From: a virus | DNA: 64,000 nucleotides | Direction: 5' to 3' (one strand) | IMG/VR virus record: IMGVR_UViG_3300044695_003767 | Part shown: positions 8,501-18,563 of the stretch, in pieces | Position numbering within the stretch: the first letter of the stretch is position 1 | Layout of the letters: each line of letters opens with the position of its first letter | The notes under the pieces: model-generated | Told to the model about the DNA's origin: nothing | Database searches by the model: none | What the model saw: the letters and a program-made list of their open reading frames with translations, nothing else | Made by a program: the position numbers and the translations under genes

Positions 8501-11414
8501 TGCAGACAATAGAGTTGAAGAAGAGTTTACTTCAAGTGCATACACTCAAAATATTGTAGATCTTTATCCACAATTAGATAGAGACAATATCAATGATAAC
8601 CCTCCAGCTTCTAAATCTTATGCACTTAGAGCACCTCTGGGTAAAGTTATAACAAATGATTTAAAGCGTAGTCTTACAAGAGAAACCACAGATAAATTTG
8701 CTAGGACATTTGGGTTTGGTTTAGGAATTACCACTGTATCAACTGCATCAACTTCTGCAACATTAAGTTTTGATAGAAATCACGGATATGGTGGTATAAT
8801 TTCTGTTGGCATCTCATCTGGTGGAGTTGGATATTCAACTGGTACTTATTATAATGTTAAAATTTTACCAGATGGAACCATAACAAGTAATTGGCAAGGT
8901 GCTACTGCAACTGTTGTAGTTAATAGTAGTAGAAACGTATCTTCTGTTCAAATTACAAACCCTGGATCTGGATATGCATCAGGAACCTATCAATTAGATG
9001 AAAGTGTAATTGGAAACAACGGTGCTTCGACAAATGTATCATTGACTGTAACTTCTGGCGGCATTTCAACTTCAATTGGTCAAGTTGTGCAAGTCACTGG
9101 TATTGGTACAACATCTGATGGTTATTACAGAATTAGTGGAGTTCCTGCTCCAAATCAAATTTCAATCGCAAAAACTGCAGGAGATCCAACAGCAATAGTT
9201 GGACAATATGCATTCCTTGTTGGTCCATCGATCTCAATTTCCTCAATAGAATCAAATGCCACTCTTGGGATTACTACTTTCAATTGCTCTTCAGCACACG
9301 GATTAGTTGCTGGCAATAAATTTAGAGTCATTGACAGCAACAATAATAATCTTGGTGATTATTTGGTCAATTCAAGAGTTGGAGTTAACACATTTAATGT
9401 GGCATCTGCAGGTATCACCACAGCTGCATTTGTATTGAAGCACGGATTGGCATCAAATGATGGATCTTCTGATCAGGCATCAGAAAACTTAAGTACAAGA
9501 ACTAGTTTCATCTTTGATAAGGAAATTGCTTATGTTGTTGGATTTACTGATGATACAAAAATTAGAATCTCAGTTCCATCGTCTGGAGTAGGAACTGCAA
9601 ATAGATTCTACTATGGATCTTACATTCAAATTGATGATGAGATTATGAGAGTTGCAAGTAACACTCTCGGTGGAACATTCAATGATGAGATTACAGTTCT
9701 TCGTGGTGTTCTTGCTACAAGAAAAGTATCTCACGATGTTGGATCAATTATTAGAAGAATTTCTCCAGTTCCTTTAGAAATTCGTAGACCAACGACAATG
9801 AGAGCGTCTGGTCATACATTTGAATATCTTGGTTATGGTCCTGGAAACTATTCAACAGGTCTTCCTCAAGTACAAATTAGATCTCTGACGGAAAGAGAAG
9901 AGTTTCTTTCCCAATCTCAAGAAAAGAGTGGTGGTATTGTTGTTTACACTGGTATGAACAACAGAGGAGATTCTTTCCAAGGAAACTCCAAATCAACTGC
10001 AGCTAGTGGTCAAATTGTCACGTTTGACATTCCAACACCAACGATTACTGGTGAAAATACATCTAGATTGAGTGTTGTATTTGATGAAGTTACCGTTAAA
10101 GAAAGAATCGTTGTAGAAGGTGGTAGTTCAAATACTGTTCTTTCTCAGTTTGATGGACCATTAAATGTTAATGGTGAATCTAACTTTACTGCACCAGTTA
10201 TAGTTAGACATCTCTTTACTGTTAGAGATGAAACTGACTCTACTAGTGTTACTAATGGTGCTTTAATGGTTACCGGTGGTGCTGGTATTGCAAAGAATGT
10301 AACGATTGGTGGAACTTGTAGAGTTGTCAATACAATAGACTCCACATCTTCCACAACAGGATCTTTAATTATTTCTGGTGGAGTTGGTGTTGCAAAAACC
10401 ATTACAGTTGGTGGATCATTAAATATTAATGCTGGAATAGGGACTACTAGACTAAATTCATTAAGTGTTAGAGGAAGTAACAACTCATCTCCAATCGCAG
10501 CAAAGTCTGGTTCGCACGATACAGTTTGGTCTGTTTTACCTCATAGTGATGGAATTACTTACCTTTCTTCAGGAACATATTATGACAATGGATCTTGGAT
10601 TCACGCTTCACCTAATACAAATAGTTGTCTTCTTGGAATAACTGGTCTAACTGGAGCAAGATGGTATGCATCGGGAAATTCGTCTGCTACTTGGAACTTA
10701 GCAAGTGATGTTCAACTTTGGGATAATACTGGTGTTTGGAAAAATACTATTAACATTGGATCAAATACTGCTACCATAGGAACTTTAAATGTTACCAATA
10801 CAACTACTTTTAGTAGTACTGTAAACTTTACTTCTAATGCATCTTTTGCTGATAATGATGTATTAAATTTTGGTGATGGTAATGACTTACAAATTTTCCA
10901 TAATGGAAGCAATAGTTACATTGATGATGCCGGAACTGGTATTCTATACATAAGATCTAATCAAACTGAAATACAAAAATATACTGGAGAAACAATAGCT
11001 CAATTTGTATCAGATGGAGCAGTAAATCTCTACTATGATAACTCCAAGAAATTTGAAACTACAAATACAGGAGTAAGTATTAGTGGAGAAATAACTGCCA
11101 GTGGTGATATCACAGCATTCTTCACTTCTGACCAAAGATTGAAAGATAATATTGTTGCGATTGAAGATCCACTTGCAAAAGTACTTTCAATTAGTGGTAA
11201 CACTTATACTTGGAATGAAAAGTCTGGTAAAGAAGGAAATGATGTTGGTGTAATTGCTCAAGAAGTTCTTGAAGTTCTTCCAGAAGCAGTTACAACAAGA
11301 GATAATGGATATCTTGCGGTTCGATATGAAAAACTTGTCCCACTTCTTGTAGAAGCAATCAAAGAACTCTCACATAAAGTTGAAGTTCTCGAACAAAAAC
11401 TACAAGATAAATAA
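5574..11414 (+). CDS. Large tail fibre/structural protein with C-terminal S74 chaperone
   Basis: 1946 aa; cyanophage-type N-terminus MPLNKLDNFIKNTEGRILYV; C-terminal SDQRLKDNI...GVIAQEV...YEKLVPLLVEAIKEL. Confidence 0.85.
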   Translation: MPLNKLDNFIKNTEGRILYVSPSDLDSTDSIDNQGNSLARPFKTVQRALLEAARFSYVKGDDNDITEKTTILLLPGEHIIDNRPGFRLYNDAGTAKVVSPDSSIGVTNPTATAALSLSLSSNFDLTQLDNILYKFNSIYGGVIVPRGVSIVGLDLRKTKIRPKYVPNPTDSSASKTAIFRLTGACYLWQFSFFDARESELAYTNPTDFTDTAKPTFSHHKVTCFEYCDGVNKYANTGLTDLDMYYAKLSHAYGTSAGTREIDQKYPTDAGGFAKQRPEWEIVGAFDSDVIPVSAISISSSGSNLVTVTTSVPHEFNEGTPIKVRNVIPVDYNISTKVQTVLSDTKFTYLIPNARRDLDLNGNASSATVVIETDTVSGASPYIFNISMRSVWGMNGMHADGAKASGFRSMVVAQFTGVSLQKDDRAFVKYFQDSRKYIGIDVTKVTGSELSGRSSSTDPGTAFHLDPAAIYRNGWESSHIKASNDSFIQVVSVFAIGFTKHFDGESGADYSITNSNSNFGQISLNGDGFKAEAFDKDNNLFLTNIVTPKSIVGTPKTVDWISLDVGVTTTVGVSTRLYLFGFKSQDDIPPVLTQGYRIGGAVNDKLYVTINNVEYSADIVMSDGVTSSVKDYTVSTVNNNRFTLSSAHTLENTEKVTLQSLSGDLPENITEHTVYYAITSSINATRTDGITLSSTQIQLATSQADASLGIPVTIYGGKDLKLLSRVHDKQAGDIGHSVQFDSTNKQWFITVKSTNNTIYSQLAALGVGGYQARTDPSYIKRIPDTRSLDEKLYKLRVVIPKELLGAKAPEPGFIIQESSTTGARNDSDFLLPTTRNLNYFDYNYSKNPRLIASCSRSTAVNGVYTVTVVSETPHDLQVGNSIKIYNVKDSTLNPFGEYGYGYNGKFSVKSVVNDMAFTYDIVSGVSTNATFPTTRGTSWPRFEKNDVKNNFVVYRSVVISEYAEGQRDGVYHLFVINADNRVEEEFTSSAYTQNIVDLYPQLDRDNINDNPPASKSYALRAPLGKVITNDLKRSLTRETTDKFARTFGFGLGITTVSTASTSATLSFDRNHGYGGIISVGISSGGVGYSTGTYYNVKILPDGTITSNWQGATATVVVNSSRNVSSVQITNPGSGYASGTYQLDESVIGNNGASTNVSLTVTSGGISTSIGQVVQVTGIGTTSDGYYRISGVPAPNQISIAKTAGDPTAIVGQYAFLVGPSISISSIESNATLGITTFNCSSAHGLVAGNKFRVIDSNNNNLGDYLVNSRVGVNTFNVASAGITTAAFVLKHGLASNDGSSDQASENLSTRTSFIFDKEIAYVVGFTDDTKIRISVPSSGVGTANRFYYGSYIQIDDEIMRVASNTLGGTFNDEITVLRGVLATRKVSHDVGSIIRRISPVPLEIRRPTTMRASGHTFEYLGYGPGNYSTGLPQVQIRSLTEREEFLSQSQEKSGGIVVYTGMNNRGDSFQGNSKSTAASGQIVTFDIPTPTITGENTSRLSVVFDEVTVKERIVVEGGSSNTVLSQFDGPLNVNGESNFTAPVIVRHLFTVRDETDSTSVTNGALMVTGGAGIAKNVTIGGTCRVVNTIDSTSSTTGSLIISGGVGVAKTITVGGSLNINAGIGTTRLNSLSVRGSNNSSPIAAKSGSHDTVWSVLPHSDGITYLSSGTYYDNGSWIHASPNTNSCLLGITGLTGARWYASGNSSATWNLASDVQLWDNTGVWKNTINIGSNTATIGTLNVTNTTTFSSTVNFTSNASFADNDVLNFGDGNDLQIFHNGSNSYIDDAGTGILYIRSNQTEIQKYTGETIAQFVSDGAVNLYYDNSKKFETTNTGVSISGEITASGDITAFFTSDQRLKDNIVAIEDPLAKVLSISGNTYTWNEKSGKEGNDVGVIAQEVLEVLPEAVTTRDNGYLAVRYEKLVPLLVEAIKELSHKVEVLEQKLQDK

Positions 11415-11430
11415 TTAAAAAGCATATAAA

Positions 11431-14160
11431 ATGGCAAATTATAGGAAGTCATTTAACTTTAGAAGTGGAGTTCAGGTTGATAATGATCGATTTATTGTAG
11501 ATGGAAGAGGAAATGTTGGAGTAGGAACGTCTGCTCCAAATAGAATTCTTGATGTATATGGTACTGCGAGATTTGATGGAACAACAGAATTAAATAGGAT
11601 TCAAACCTCTGGAGTTTCCACATTTACGTCATTAGTAAACATTGGATCTAGTGTATTCTTAAATCCATCTACTGGGATTATATCGGCCTACTCTTATCGA
11701 GGTGATGGTAGACTTCTTGATGGTGTGATTGCTATCGCTACTGATGGTTGGAAAGTAAAGGCAGGAACTCTTTCTACAACTTTTAGTGTTTATGTCGGTC
11801 TTGGGTCTGATATTGCTCAGACAAGATTCCAAGTTGGATTAGGAACGTCAACGTTTGTTGTTACTGATAGTGGCACTATTGGAATTGGAACAATATCACC
11901 AGCATCAAAATTTCACGTGGTTGGTGATGCATTAATTTCTAATAGGTTAGTATCTTCAAATATTACTGTTGGTACTGGATTAAGTGTTTCTGGAATTTCT
12001 ACACTTGGAGTCACCACATTCACAGGTGCCGTAAGTTTTGGTTCTTCCATTTACTTTGGTGATAATGATGTATTAAATATTGGTGATAGTAATGATTTAC
12101 AAATTTATCATAGTGGATCTACTAGTTTTATTTTAGATAATGGAACTGGAAATCTTGCTTTAGGATCAAATGGAGATAGGGTTTCTATAGTAAAAGGAGA
12201 TGGAACAGAAACTCTTGCAAGATTTAATATAGACGATTCTGTTGAACTTTGGTTTAATAACGTAAAAGAATTTGAAACCACTGGATATGGTGCAACTGTT
12301 TATGGAGTTTTACAATCCGAAGGACTTCAATCTTCTGGAATTACTACATTAGCAGTTAATAGTTCTTCGGATGCATTAAGAATTACTCAACTTGGTTCTG
12401 GAAATGCCTTAGTTGTTGAAGATGAAACAAATCCCGATTCAACACCTTTTGTAGTTACTGGTATTGGAAGTGTTGGTATAGGAAAAGCAAGTCCCGTAGC
12501 AAAACTTGATGTTGTAGGAGATGCAAGAATTTCTAATTCTGTTCTTGCATCTACTTTTATTGGTGATTTAACAGGAACAGCAACAAATGCAACAAACCTT
12601 TCAGATGGTGCAAATATTACTACGGGCACAATTAATGATGCGAGATTGCCAGATATAATTACATCAAACCTATCAGCATCCACAGGAATTTCTACAGTTA
12701 CTAAACTTAGATCTGAAAGTATTGGAATTGGAACCGATACTTTTACTTCAGATTTAGCAATCATAAAGGATGCCTCAGTTTCTCTTGAATTAATTTCTAG
12801 AACGGGAAATACAACAATAGGTCTTGGTTCAGAAACTATAGGTAATAATAACACAGCAAGAATTAAATATACACCACTCAGTCAAGTTTTAGATTTTGAA
12901 AATTATGGATCTGGAGAAGTTAATTTCCACGTTCATAAGGGAACTGGTGCAGTAGTTGGTACTCAAACTGGAGGATTTTATTTTAAAACTGGTTCTGTCA
13001 GTAGGACCTTGATGAATTTGGCTTATGATGGAAGAGTCTCAATAAATGAAGAAGTTCCTTTATTGACTGATTTAGGTTACCGATTGATGGTCAATGGCAA
13101 CACCAAAATTAGAGGAAGATTAGATTTAGATCAAGGAATAACTGCTGGTATTGTAACTGTTTCCAGTTTAAACAGTGTGAGTCCATCTACATTCCCAACA
13201 ACTCAAAACTTTAACACTCAATCTGGAATATCAACATTTAATCAGTTTAGAGTTACAAATCTATTAAATGTAACTGGTGTAAGTTCTTTTGCGGGAATTA
13301 CAACGTTCCTTAGTGGAGTTTCAATTGGTAGTTCCACTGTAGGTACAAATAGCCCATTAAACATTTATTCGACAGCAACATTAACAAATTCTACTCTTGG
13401 ACTGTCTACATCAAAAATTTATTATGATTATGTGGGAGGAATAACGACAGGATTCTCAGATCCAAGAAATCAAACAAAATTAAGTGGACTTATTGCGGAT
13501 CCAAATAAGAAAATTTCTGCGTTTGGTTATGGTGATTATCAAGTAAGAACCGGTGGATTGAGTATTATTTGTCAAGATTATATTAATATACATCCATCCA
13601 TTGCCATTACTACTGCAGGTAATTGGGAAGGATTGACTGTAGCAGAAAATAGTGATATGGGTCTAAGATATTCAAATGGTAGTAATTTACCAATGATTGG
13701 TATTAATACTATATTTGCAAGATCAATTGTTGATGTTGGTTATGCAGTAACTTCAATGAATAGTTACTTTATACCACCAAGATTAACGACCACAGAACTT
13801 TATTTTGTAAGTCAATTGTGGAATCCTGCAGTTGCTGGTCCTTCAGCAGGTAACTGGTTTAATCATTTGAGAGCAAATTCTTCTACTCCAAATGGTGTTG
13901 TAAGTGGTGCAATTGTTTTTGATACAACTGCATCACAACTTAAGGTTGGTATTGGAAGCACGACTTTTGTTGGTATTGCAACATTTACAAATAATCATAG
14001 TGGATTTAGTGCATTTATTCCACCTAGGATGAGTACCACTGAAAGAAATACAATGACAAATGCTGGTATTTCTAGTGGAGCAATCATTTATAATTCCACA
14101 ACAGATAGATTGGAAGTCAGGTTAAAAGGTTCCTGGTTTGGTATTACAACTGCAGTCTAA
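11431..14160 (+). CDS. Tail fibre-like structural protein
   Basis: 909 aa; VGIGT..P...LDV.G repeats; PPRMSTTER...GAIIYNST..LEV C-terminus. Confidence 0.8.
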   Translation: MANYRKSFNFRSGVQVDNDRFIVDGRGNVGVGTSAPNRILDVYGTARFDGTTELNRIQTSGVSTFTSLVNIGSSVFLNPSTGIISAYSYRGDGRLLDGVIAIATDGWKVKAGTLSTTFSVYVGLGSDIAQTRFQVGLGTSTFVVTDSGTIGIGTISPASKFHVVGDALISNRLVSSNITVGTGLSVSGISTLGVTTFTGAVSFGSSIYFGDNDVLNIGDSNDLQIYHSGSTSFILDNGTGNLALGSNGDRVSIVKGDGTETLARFNIDDSVELWFNNVKEFETTGYGATVYGVLQSEGLQSSGITTLAVNSSSDALRITQLGSGNALVVEDETNPDSTPFVVTGIGSVGIGKASPVAKLDVVGDARISNSVLASTFIGDLTGTATNATNLSDGANITTGTINDARLPDIITSNLSASTGISTVTKLRSESIGIGTDTFTSDLAIIKDASVSLELISRTGNTTIGLGSETIGNNNTARIKYTPLSQVLDFENYGSGEVNFHVHKGTGAVVGTQTGGFYFKTGSVSRTLMNLAYDGRVSINEEVPLLTDLGYRLMVNGNTKIRGRLDLDQGITAGIVTVSSLNSVSPSTFPTTQNFNTQSGISTFNQFRVTNLLNVTGVSSFAGITTFLSGVSIGSSTVGTNSPLNIYSTATLTNSTLGLSTSKIYYDYVGGITTGFSDPRNQTKLSGLIADPNKKISAFGYGDYQVRTGGLSIICQDYINIHPSIAITTAGNWEGLTVAENSDMGLRYSNGSNLPMIGINTIFARSIVDVGYAVTSMNSYFIPPRLTTTELYFVSQLWNPAVAGPSAGNWFNHLRANSSTPNGVVSGAIVFDTTASQLKVGIGSTTFVGIATFTNNHSGFSAFIPPRMSTTERNTMTNAGISSGAIIYNSTTDRLEVRLKGSWFGITTAV

Positions 14161-14163
14161 TAC

Positions 14164-14192
14164 TTGACATAATCCTCAAATACCACTAGACT
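14164..14192 (+). promoter_or_regulatory. Sigma70-type promoter
   Basis: TTGACA-17-TAGACT. A second, palindrome-type promoter follows at 14222-14279. Confidence 0.65.
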
Positions 14193-14292
14193 ACCTTTGT
14201 CTGGGTTGGAGATGAGGCTCTAGGCCACTTTAAGAACCGTCACAGGACCCCTCACAGGGTCCTGTTTTTGCTGTATAATATTCCTATATTCA

Positions 14293-15528
14293 ATGAGACC
14301 TGTGATTCAACTCCGTCCACACCAAGAACGTGCTCTGGATGCTCTTGTCAAGTATCAGAAAGGTCAAGTCATCATTCCGACTGGTGGTGGTAAGACCAAC
14401 GTTGCTATCTTTGATGCTTTGCGTGAGTTTCAATCTGATGCTCCTAAGACCATTGTAGTGGTTGCTCCTCGCATTCTACTTGCTGAGCAACTTTCTAGTG
14501 AGTTTCTTGAGTTTATCACCACTGCTGCTGTTCTTCACGTTCACAGTGGTGAGACGCATCACCAGAGCACCACTAAACCTGCTGAGATTCATAACTGGTC
14601 TCTTCGTGCTTATAAGCATCAACTGATTTTCACTACCTACAACTCCCTGCAACGTCTGCAACAGGCAGATCTTAAGGTTGATACGATTTACTTTGATGAG
14701 GCACACAACAGTGTTCAACGTCACTTTTTCCCTGCTACGGAGCACTTCTCTTCTACTGCTGACCGCTGCTATTTCTTCACTGCTACTCCTAAGCATTCTG
14801 CTACTATTTCCAAACCTGGGATGAATGATGGTGCAGTGTATGGTCAGGTGATCTGCAATGTGCCAGCACCTGAACTTGTTGAGGGTGGTTTCATTGTGCC
14901 CCCTAAGGTTGTGGTGCAGCAGTTTGAGATGCTGGGTAAGGGTCAAATCGTTGCTGATGTTGACTGTGAGAATCTGATTCAGACCATCGATGCTCAAGAT
15001 GTGGGTAAGGTTCTGATTTGCTCCAAGGCAACTAAGCAGATTCAGAATCTGGTTTCTCAGACTGATTTTTGCACTCAACTGGAGGATCGTGGTTATTCTT
15101 GGATGTATATTACTGCCAAGACTGGTGCCGTGATTGATGGTCGTAAGGTCAACCGTGAGGTATTCTTTGACACTCTCTCTGCTTGGGGCAAGGATGACTC
15201 TAAGAAGTTCGTTGTTCTTCACCACAGCATCCTGAGCGAAGGCATTAACGTTTCTGGACTGGAGGCAGTGCTGTTTATGCGGTCTATGGACTACATTGGG
15301 ATCTCCCAGACCATCGGACGGGTGATCCGTCTCCACAAGGACGACGCAGAGGGTCTCAGCAGTGGCAGGATTGCCCCTGGTGCCCTTGCAGACTACACCA
15401 AGTCGTTTGGACTGGTCTGCATCCCTGTCTACTCTTCTGTGGGCATCAGCACCGCAAAGAAGGTGCAAGCAGTGGTCGATACGGTGTTCAATCAAGGTCT
15501 CCCTGCCATCAGCGTTGTCAAACGTTGA
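14293..15528 (+). CDS. Superfamily 2 (DEAH, ResIII-like) helicase
   Basis: Q motif LRPHQ, Walker A PTGGGKT, DEAH, TATP, EGINV, QTIGRVIR. Confidence 0.9.
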   Translation: MRPVIQLRPHQERALDALVKYQKGQVIIPTGGGKTNVAIFDALREFQSDAPKTIVVVAPRILLAEQLSSEFLEFITTAAVLHVHSGETHHQSTTKPAEIHNWSLRAYKHQLIFTTYNSLQRLQQADLKVDTIYFDEAHNSVQRHFFPATEHFSSTADRCYFFTATPKHSATISKPGMNDGAVYGQVICNVPAPELVEGGFIVPPKVVVQQFEMLGKGQIVADVDCENLIQTIDAQDVGKVLICSKATKQIQNLVSQTDFCTQLEDRGYSWMYITAKTGAVIDGRKVNREVFFDTLSAWGKDDSKKFVVLHHSILSEGINVSGLEAVLFMRSMDYIGISQTIGRVIRLHKDDAEGLSSGRIAPGALADYTKSFGLVCIPVYSSVGISTAKKVQAVVDTVFNQGLPAISVVKR

Positions 15529-15568
15529 TTTTTCTGCTAAACTACTTACACACAAGGAGGAATCCCCA

Positions 15569-15706
15569 ATGCGTTGCAAAGTCGAACTCTATGTTGCTGG
15601 TAAAGTGTTCTATGAGCACGTTGAAGCACGGGACTATCAGGATGCCAAACGTACTGCAATTGCACGTAATCCAACAGCAAAAGTGGTCAGTGTGACTGCC
15701 GTATGA
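15569..15706 (+). CDS. Conserved cyanophage small protein
   Basis: MRCKVELYVAGKVFYEHVEARDYQDAK; RBS AAGGAGG. Confidence 0.75.
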   Translation: MRCKVELYVAGKVFYEHVEARDYQDAKRTAIARNPTAKVVSVTAV

Positions 15707-15924
15707 ACATTCAAAACGAAACTCTCCTGAACTCTGTACCAGGAGACCCAAATGGATATGTGACTAAAGATGGAATGTGGGCAGCAGTTCCTTGGGGAAA
15801 AAAATTCATTATCATTCATAATGGACATCAAGTTCATACTGCAAACAACTACAAATCCGCAAAAACCTACATTCAAAAGTCCGCAAAAGGTGCATCGGTT
15901 TCTAGTTTAGATAAGTTTCTTTAA
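15703..15924 (+). CDS. Hypothetical protein
   Basis: ATGA-coupled ORF. Confidence 0.7.
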   Translation: MNIQNETLLNSVPGDPNGYVTKDGMWAAVPWGKKFIIIHNGHQVHTANNYKSAKTYIQKSAKGASVSSLDKFL

Positions 15925-15956
15925 ACTCGTTAAATAGTATAACTGTCCTACACATT

Positions 15957-16127
15957 ATGGAAGAATCTTCTGAACTCAAATGGAATCGTGGTCTTGACTT
16001 GTTTATTGAAAGTGTTCATAAACCAGACCACGAACTCCGTCAATGTGCTCACAATCAAAAGTGTTACAACGAACTAATGGCAGTTCGTGACCACGTTTTA
16101 GAATATCTAAAAACAATCAGACGATGA
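15957..16127 (+). CDS. Conserved cyanophage hypothetical protein
   Basis: KWNRGLDLFIESVHKPDHELRQCAHNQKCYNELM; TAAATA at 15931. Confidence 0.7.
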   Translation: MEESSELKWNRGLDLFIESVHKPDHELRQCAHNQKCYNELMAVRDHVLEYLKTIRR

Positions 16128-16354
16128 CTTATTACGGTTGGTTTGTTGTATTTGCAGTAGTGGCATACTTCATTGTAACAGATGATAGTGTCGCTGCTGC
16201 TTTTTATTATCTTATAAGGTTAGCAAAATCTAACTTTGAGAAACAAAAGTGGTGGTTACTGAACAATCCACGTAATCCTGTGGTAAAATATCTAATGTGG
16301 CGTCGTTCTATGAAACTCGCAAAGGAGTTAATGGACGAATACGAAAATAAATAA
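16124..16354 (+). CDS. Hypothetical membrane protein
   Basis: N-terminal hydrophobic segment; coupled. Confidence 0.7.
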   Translation: MTYYGWFVVFAVVAYFIVTDDSVAAAFYYLIRLAKSNFEKQKWWLLNNPRNPVVKYLMWRRSMKLAKELMDEYENK

Positions 16355-16374
16355 CACTACATCTGGTAATACGT

Positions 16375-16701
16375 ATGCTCTCTACACAATATCGCCTGCG
16401 TCTTGAAGTAATCTGCGATAAGATTGCAACTGGCGATGAGGTGAGTTTAGAAGATATGATCTGGGCAGAAAAACTTGCAAAAGCAAATCGATCTGCTGGA
16501 ACAATGCTACGTCAGGCAAGAAGGAAAGCAGAAAATCCTGATATGCAAGACGGAGATATGGATGATTTTTTGAATCAACTTGACATTGGTGGTACTGGAA
16601 ACGAACGTTTTGGTATTAAAGGATTTAATAGTGTTGATGATATTGTAGATTTCTTTGGTGAAGGTAGGGATAAACCAGATGATTGGAGACAACGTGACTG
16701 A
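16375..16701 (+). CDS. Conserved cyanophage hypothetical protein
   Basis: MLSTQYRLRLE...DWRQRD. Confidence 0.75.
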   Translation: MLSTQYRLRLEVICDKIATGDEVSLEDMIWAEKLAKANRSAGTMLRQARRKAENPDMQDGDMDDFLNQLDIGGTGNERFGIKGFNSVDDIVDFFGEGRDKPDDWRQRD

Positions 16702-17197
16702 TAGAATTATCAGTCAATACACTGACATATTTGATGAAACCCAGGTAAATAATATTTGGGAATACTTAACTAAACCAAATTGGGGATTTTGGCAGTCTAG
16801 TAGACCAGACTCTAAAAATTTTTTCTGGTATATGAATCTTGATGATCATTCCTTTTTCACTCAAGAATTATTTTCTAAAATTAAAACTTTAATTGGTGAA
16901 GATTTTTTTATTGAAAAAGTCTATGCGAATGGTCAAACTTTCGGATTAGATGGGGAATTTCATATTGATGACCCAGATGATAATGCATATACTTTTCTTT
17001 ATTACCCTATGAGAGATTGGAATTTATCTTGGGGTGGTGAAACAGTCATTCTTGATCCTGAAGGTGTGATAAGCACTATACATCCGATGCCAAATAGTGC
17101 TATAATATTCCCATCAAATTGGTTACACTGTGGTAAATCACCATCTAAAAACTTCACAGATTTGAGAGTCACCATTGCTTATAAATTGAAAAAATGA
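16694..17197 (+). CDS. 2OG-Fe(II) oxygenase
   Basis: YANGQT...FHIDD...WGGET...FPS..LH...R.TIAYK; probable GTG start at 16694. Confidence 0.85.
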   Translation: MTDRIISQYTDIFDETQVNNIWEYLTKPNWGFWQSSRPDSKNFFWYMNLDDHSFFTQELFSKIKTLIGEDFFIEKVYANGQTFGLDGEFHIDDPDDNAYTFLYYPMRDWNLSWGGETVILDPEGVISTIHPMPNSAIIFPSNWLHCGKSPSKNFTDLRVTIAYKLKK

Positions 17198-17379
17198 AAC
17201 CCAACTTTCGTAAGGTATTAGAGATGGCACTGGAAGAAGGTGTTCGATTTGGATACAATCGTGCTCATAAACACGTAGAAAATCCACATCAAGATGCTGT
17301 GGTTGATTGTGTGGTAGATTGTGCGATGAACTCCCTGTATGAATGGTTTGATTTTGAGGAGAACAATGAACTTGGTTAA
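17194..17379 (+). CDS. Hypothetical protein
   Basis: Coupled ORF, GYNRAHKH motif. Confidence 0.7.
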   Translation: MKPNFRKVLEMALEEGVRFGYNRAHKHVENPHQDAVVDCVVDCAMNSLYEWFDFEENNELG

Positions 17380-17665
17380 ATTTAATAAACGCAAATTTTT
17401 GATTAAGTACAATCATCGTGAAGATTTTGGGCACGAATGGTATGTTCAGATCTTAAATATCAAGCGTTGGAGTTTGATTCAAGCATCTGTAAGTTGGAAT
17501 GATTATCCATCCTGGCCTTATCTACAAATTAAGTCTGGATCTGGTGATGTGTTGAGTATTCTATTTTGGGCATATAAGTTTGGATTTGATATTGATTTTA
17601 TCTCTCGCACTTGGAACTGGGATCATTTGGAGGAACTAGATGAAGACGAAACTGAACTGGTTTGA
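17366..17665 (+). CDS. Hypothetical protein
   Basis: RBS GAGGAG before ATG 17366. Confidence 0.65.
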   Translation: MNLVKFNKRKFLIKYNHREDFGHEWYVQILNIKRWSLIQASVSWNDYPSWPYLQIKSGSGDVLSILFWAYKFGFDIDFISRTWNWDHLEELDEDETELV

Positions 17666-17987
17666 GTATTACTTCGGTCATTGTTTCCAAACTGGTTGGA
17701 GAGAAATCTGGAACAACTTTAAGATGTGGAGAGATCTCATCAGTGGAAACTATGCCGATTATGCTCTGCTAAAGAATGACGACCCATACGAAGAATGTTA
17801 TCAGTGGTTCTGGACTTCTATCAATCTTGACGAAACATATCCTAAAGAGTTTCTTGAGTACCTGATGGAAATGTGTGACAGAATTGATCGGGGTGAAGAG
17901 AAACTGATTCCATTGGATGAAGATTTCTTTAATAGAATAAAAGAACTTACTGATGATATAGAGTTGAATGATGAAGACTTTACCTGA
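17640..17987 (+). CDS. Hypothetical protein
   Basis: ORF track; operon continuity. Confidence 0.65.
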   Translation: MKTKLNWFEYYFGHCFQTGWREIWNNFKMWRDLISGNYADYALLKNDDPYEECYQWFWTSINLDETYPKEFLEYLMEMCDRIDRGEEKLIPLDEDFFNRIKELTDDIELNDEDFT

Positions 17988-18171
17988 TAAAAGAGAACTG
18001 GATATTATGTGGACGGTTGCCACATCGACCAGTATTGAAACTGGCACAAGACCCCACTACGGGTTTGCCAACCTGCTGTATGATTACCTCACAGACAACC
18101 TCAAAAACAAATACGGAGTTGAACTCTGCTATGAACCTCAAAGAGAAGAAGGCACTGCTCAAGAAACTTGA
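17968..18171 (+). CDS. Hypothetical protein
   Basis: ORF track; operon continuity. Confidence 0.6.
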   Translation: MMKTLPDKRELDIMWTVATSTSIETGTRPHYGFANLLYDYLTDNLKNKYGVELCYEPQREEGTAQET

Positions 18172-18403
18172 GACTGCCTACAATACCTGTTTTGATTGTG
18201 GGAAGAAGTATGGAGTGTATTCTGTAGGATGCTCCTCTGTTTATGAGTCAAAGTGTGGTGTATGTGGTGAAATCAAACCCATTACGGAGACTCGTGACTT
18301 TGCTTATTTCTTTCCTACCATTCGAAAACTGAAACTAGAGATTCAAAATGAGAAGAGTAACAGTCAAACCAAAGTCCAGCAAAGCGAAGAACCGTCTTGC
18401 TAA
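18131..18403 (+). CDS. Zn-ribbon hypothetical protein
   Basis: CFDCG...CGVCG; start reassigned to 18131. Confidence 0.65.
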   Translation: MNLKEKKALLKKLETAYNTCFDCGKKYGVYSVGCSSVYESKCGVCGEIKPITETRDFAYFFPTIRKLKLEIQNEKSNSQTKVQQSEEPSC

Positions 18404-18563
18404 TACTATGGACAACAATCCTGTTTGTATTGTAGAGCAGGATACTGGTGGTGAATTGTTCCTTGCTTCCGAAAATCGTAAATACTTTTTTTGGGTTAGC
18501 ACTCGCACTGGTACTAACCGTTTTGGTGACAAATCTGACGCACATTGGGAGGTTATTGAATGA
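18348..18563 (+). CDS. Hypothetical protein
   Basis: V.PKSSKAKNR..N.M motif; coupled. Confidence 0.7.
   Translation: MRRVTVKPKSSKAKNRLANTMDNNPVCIVEQDTGGELFLASENRKYFFWVSTRTGTNRFGDKSDAHWEVIE

Noticed and set aside
10851-12290. Diversity-generating retroelement TR/VR pair
   Set aside because: Differences are not adenine-specific, both copies are coding, and there is no reverse transcriptase in the window.
14476-15579. 367-aa minus-strand ORF
   Set aside because: Antisense shadow of the helicase caused by codon bias; no motifs or RBS.
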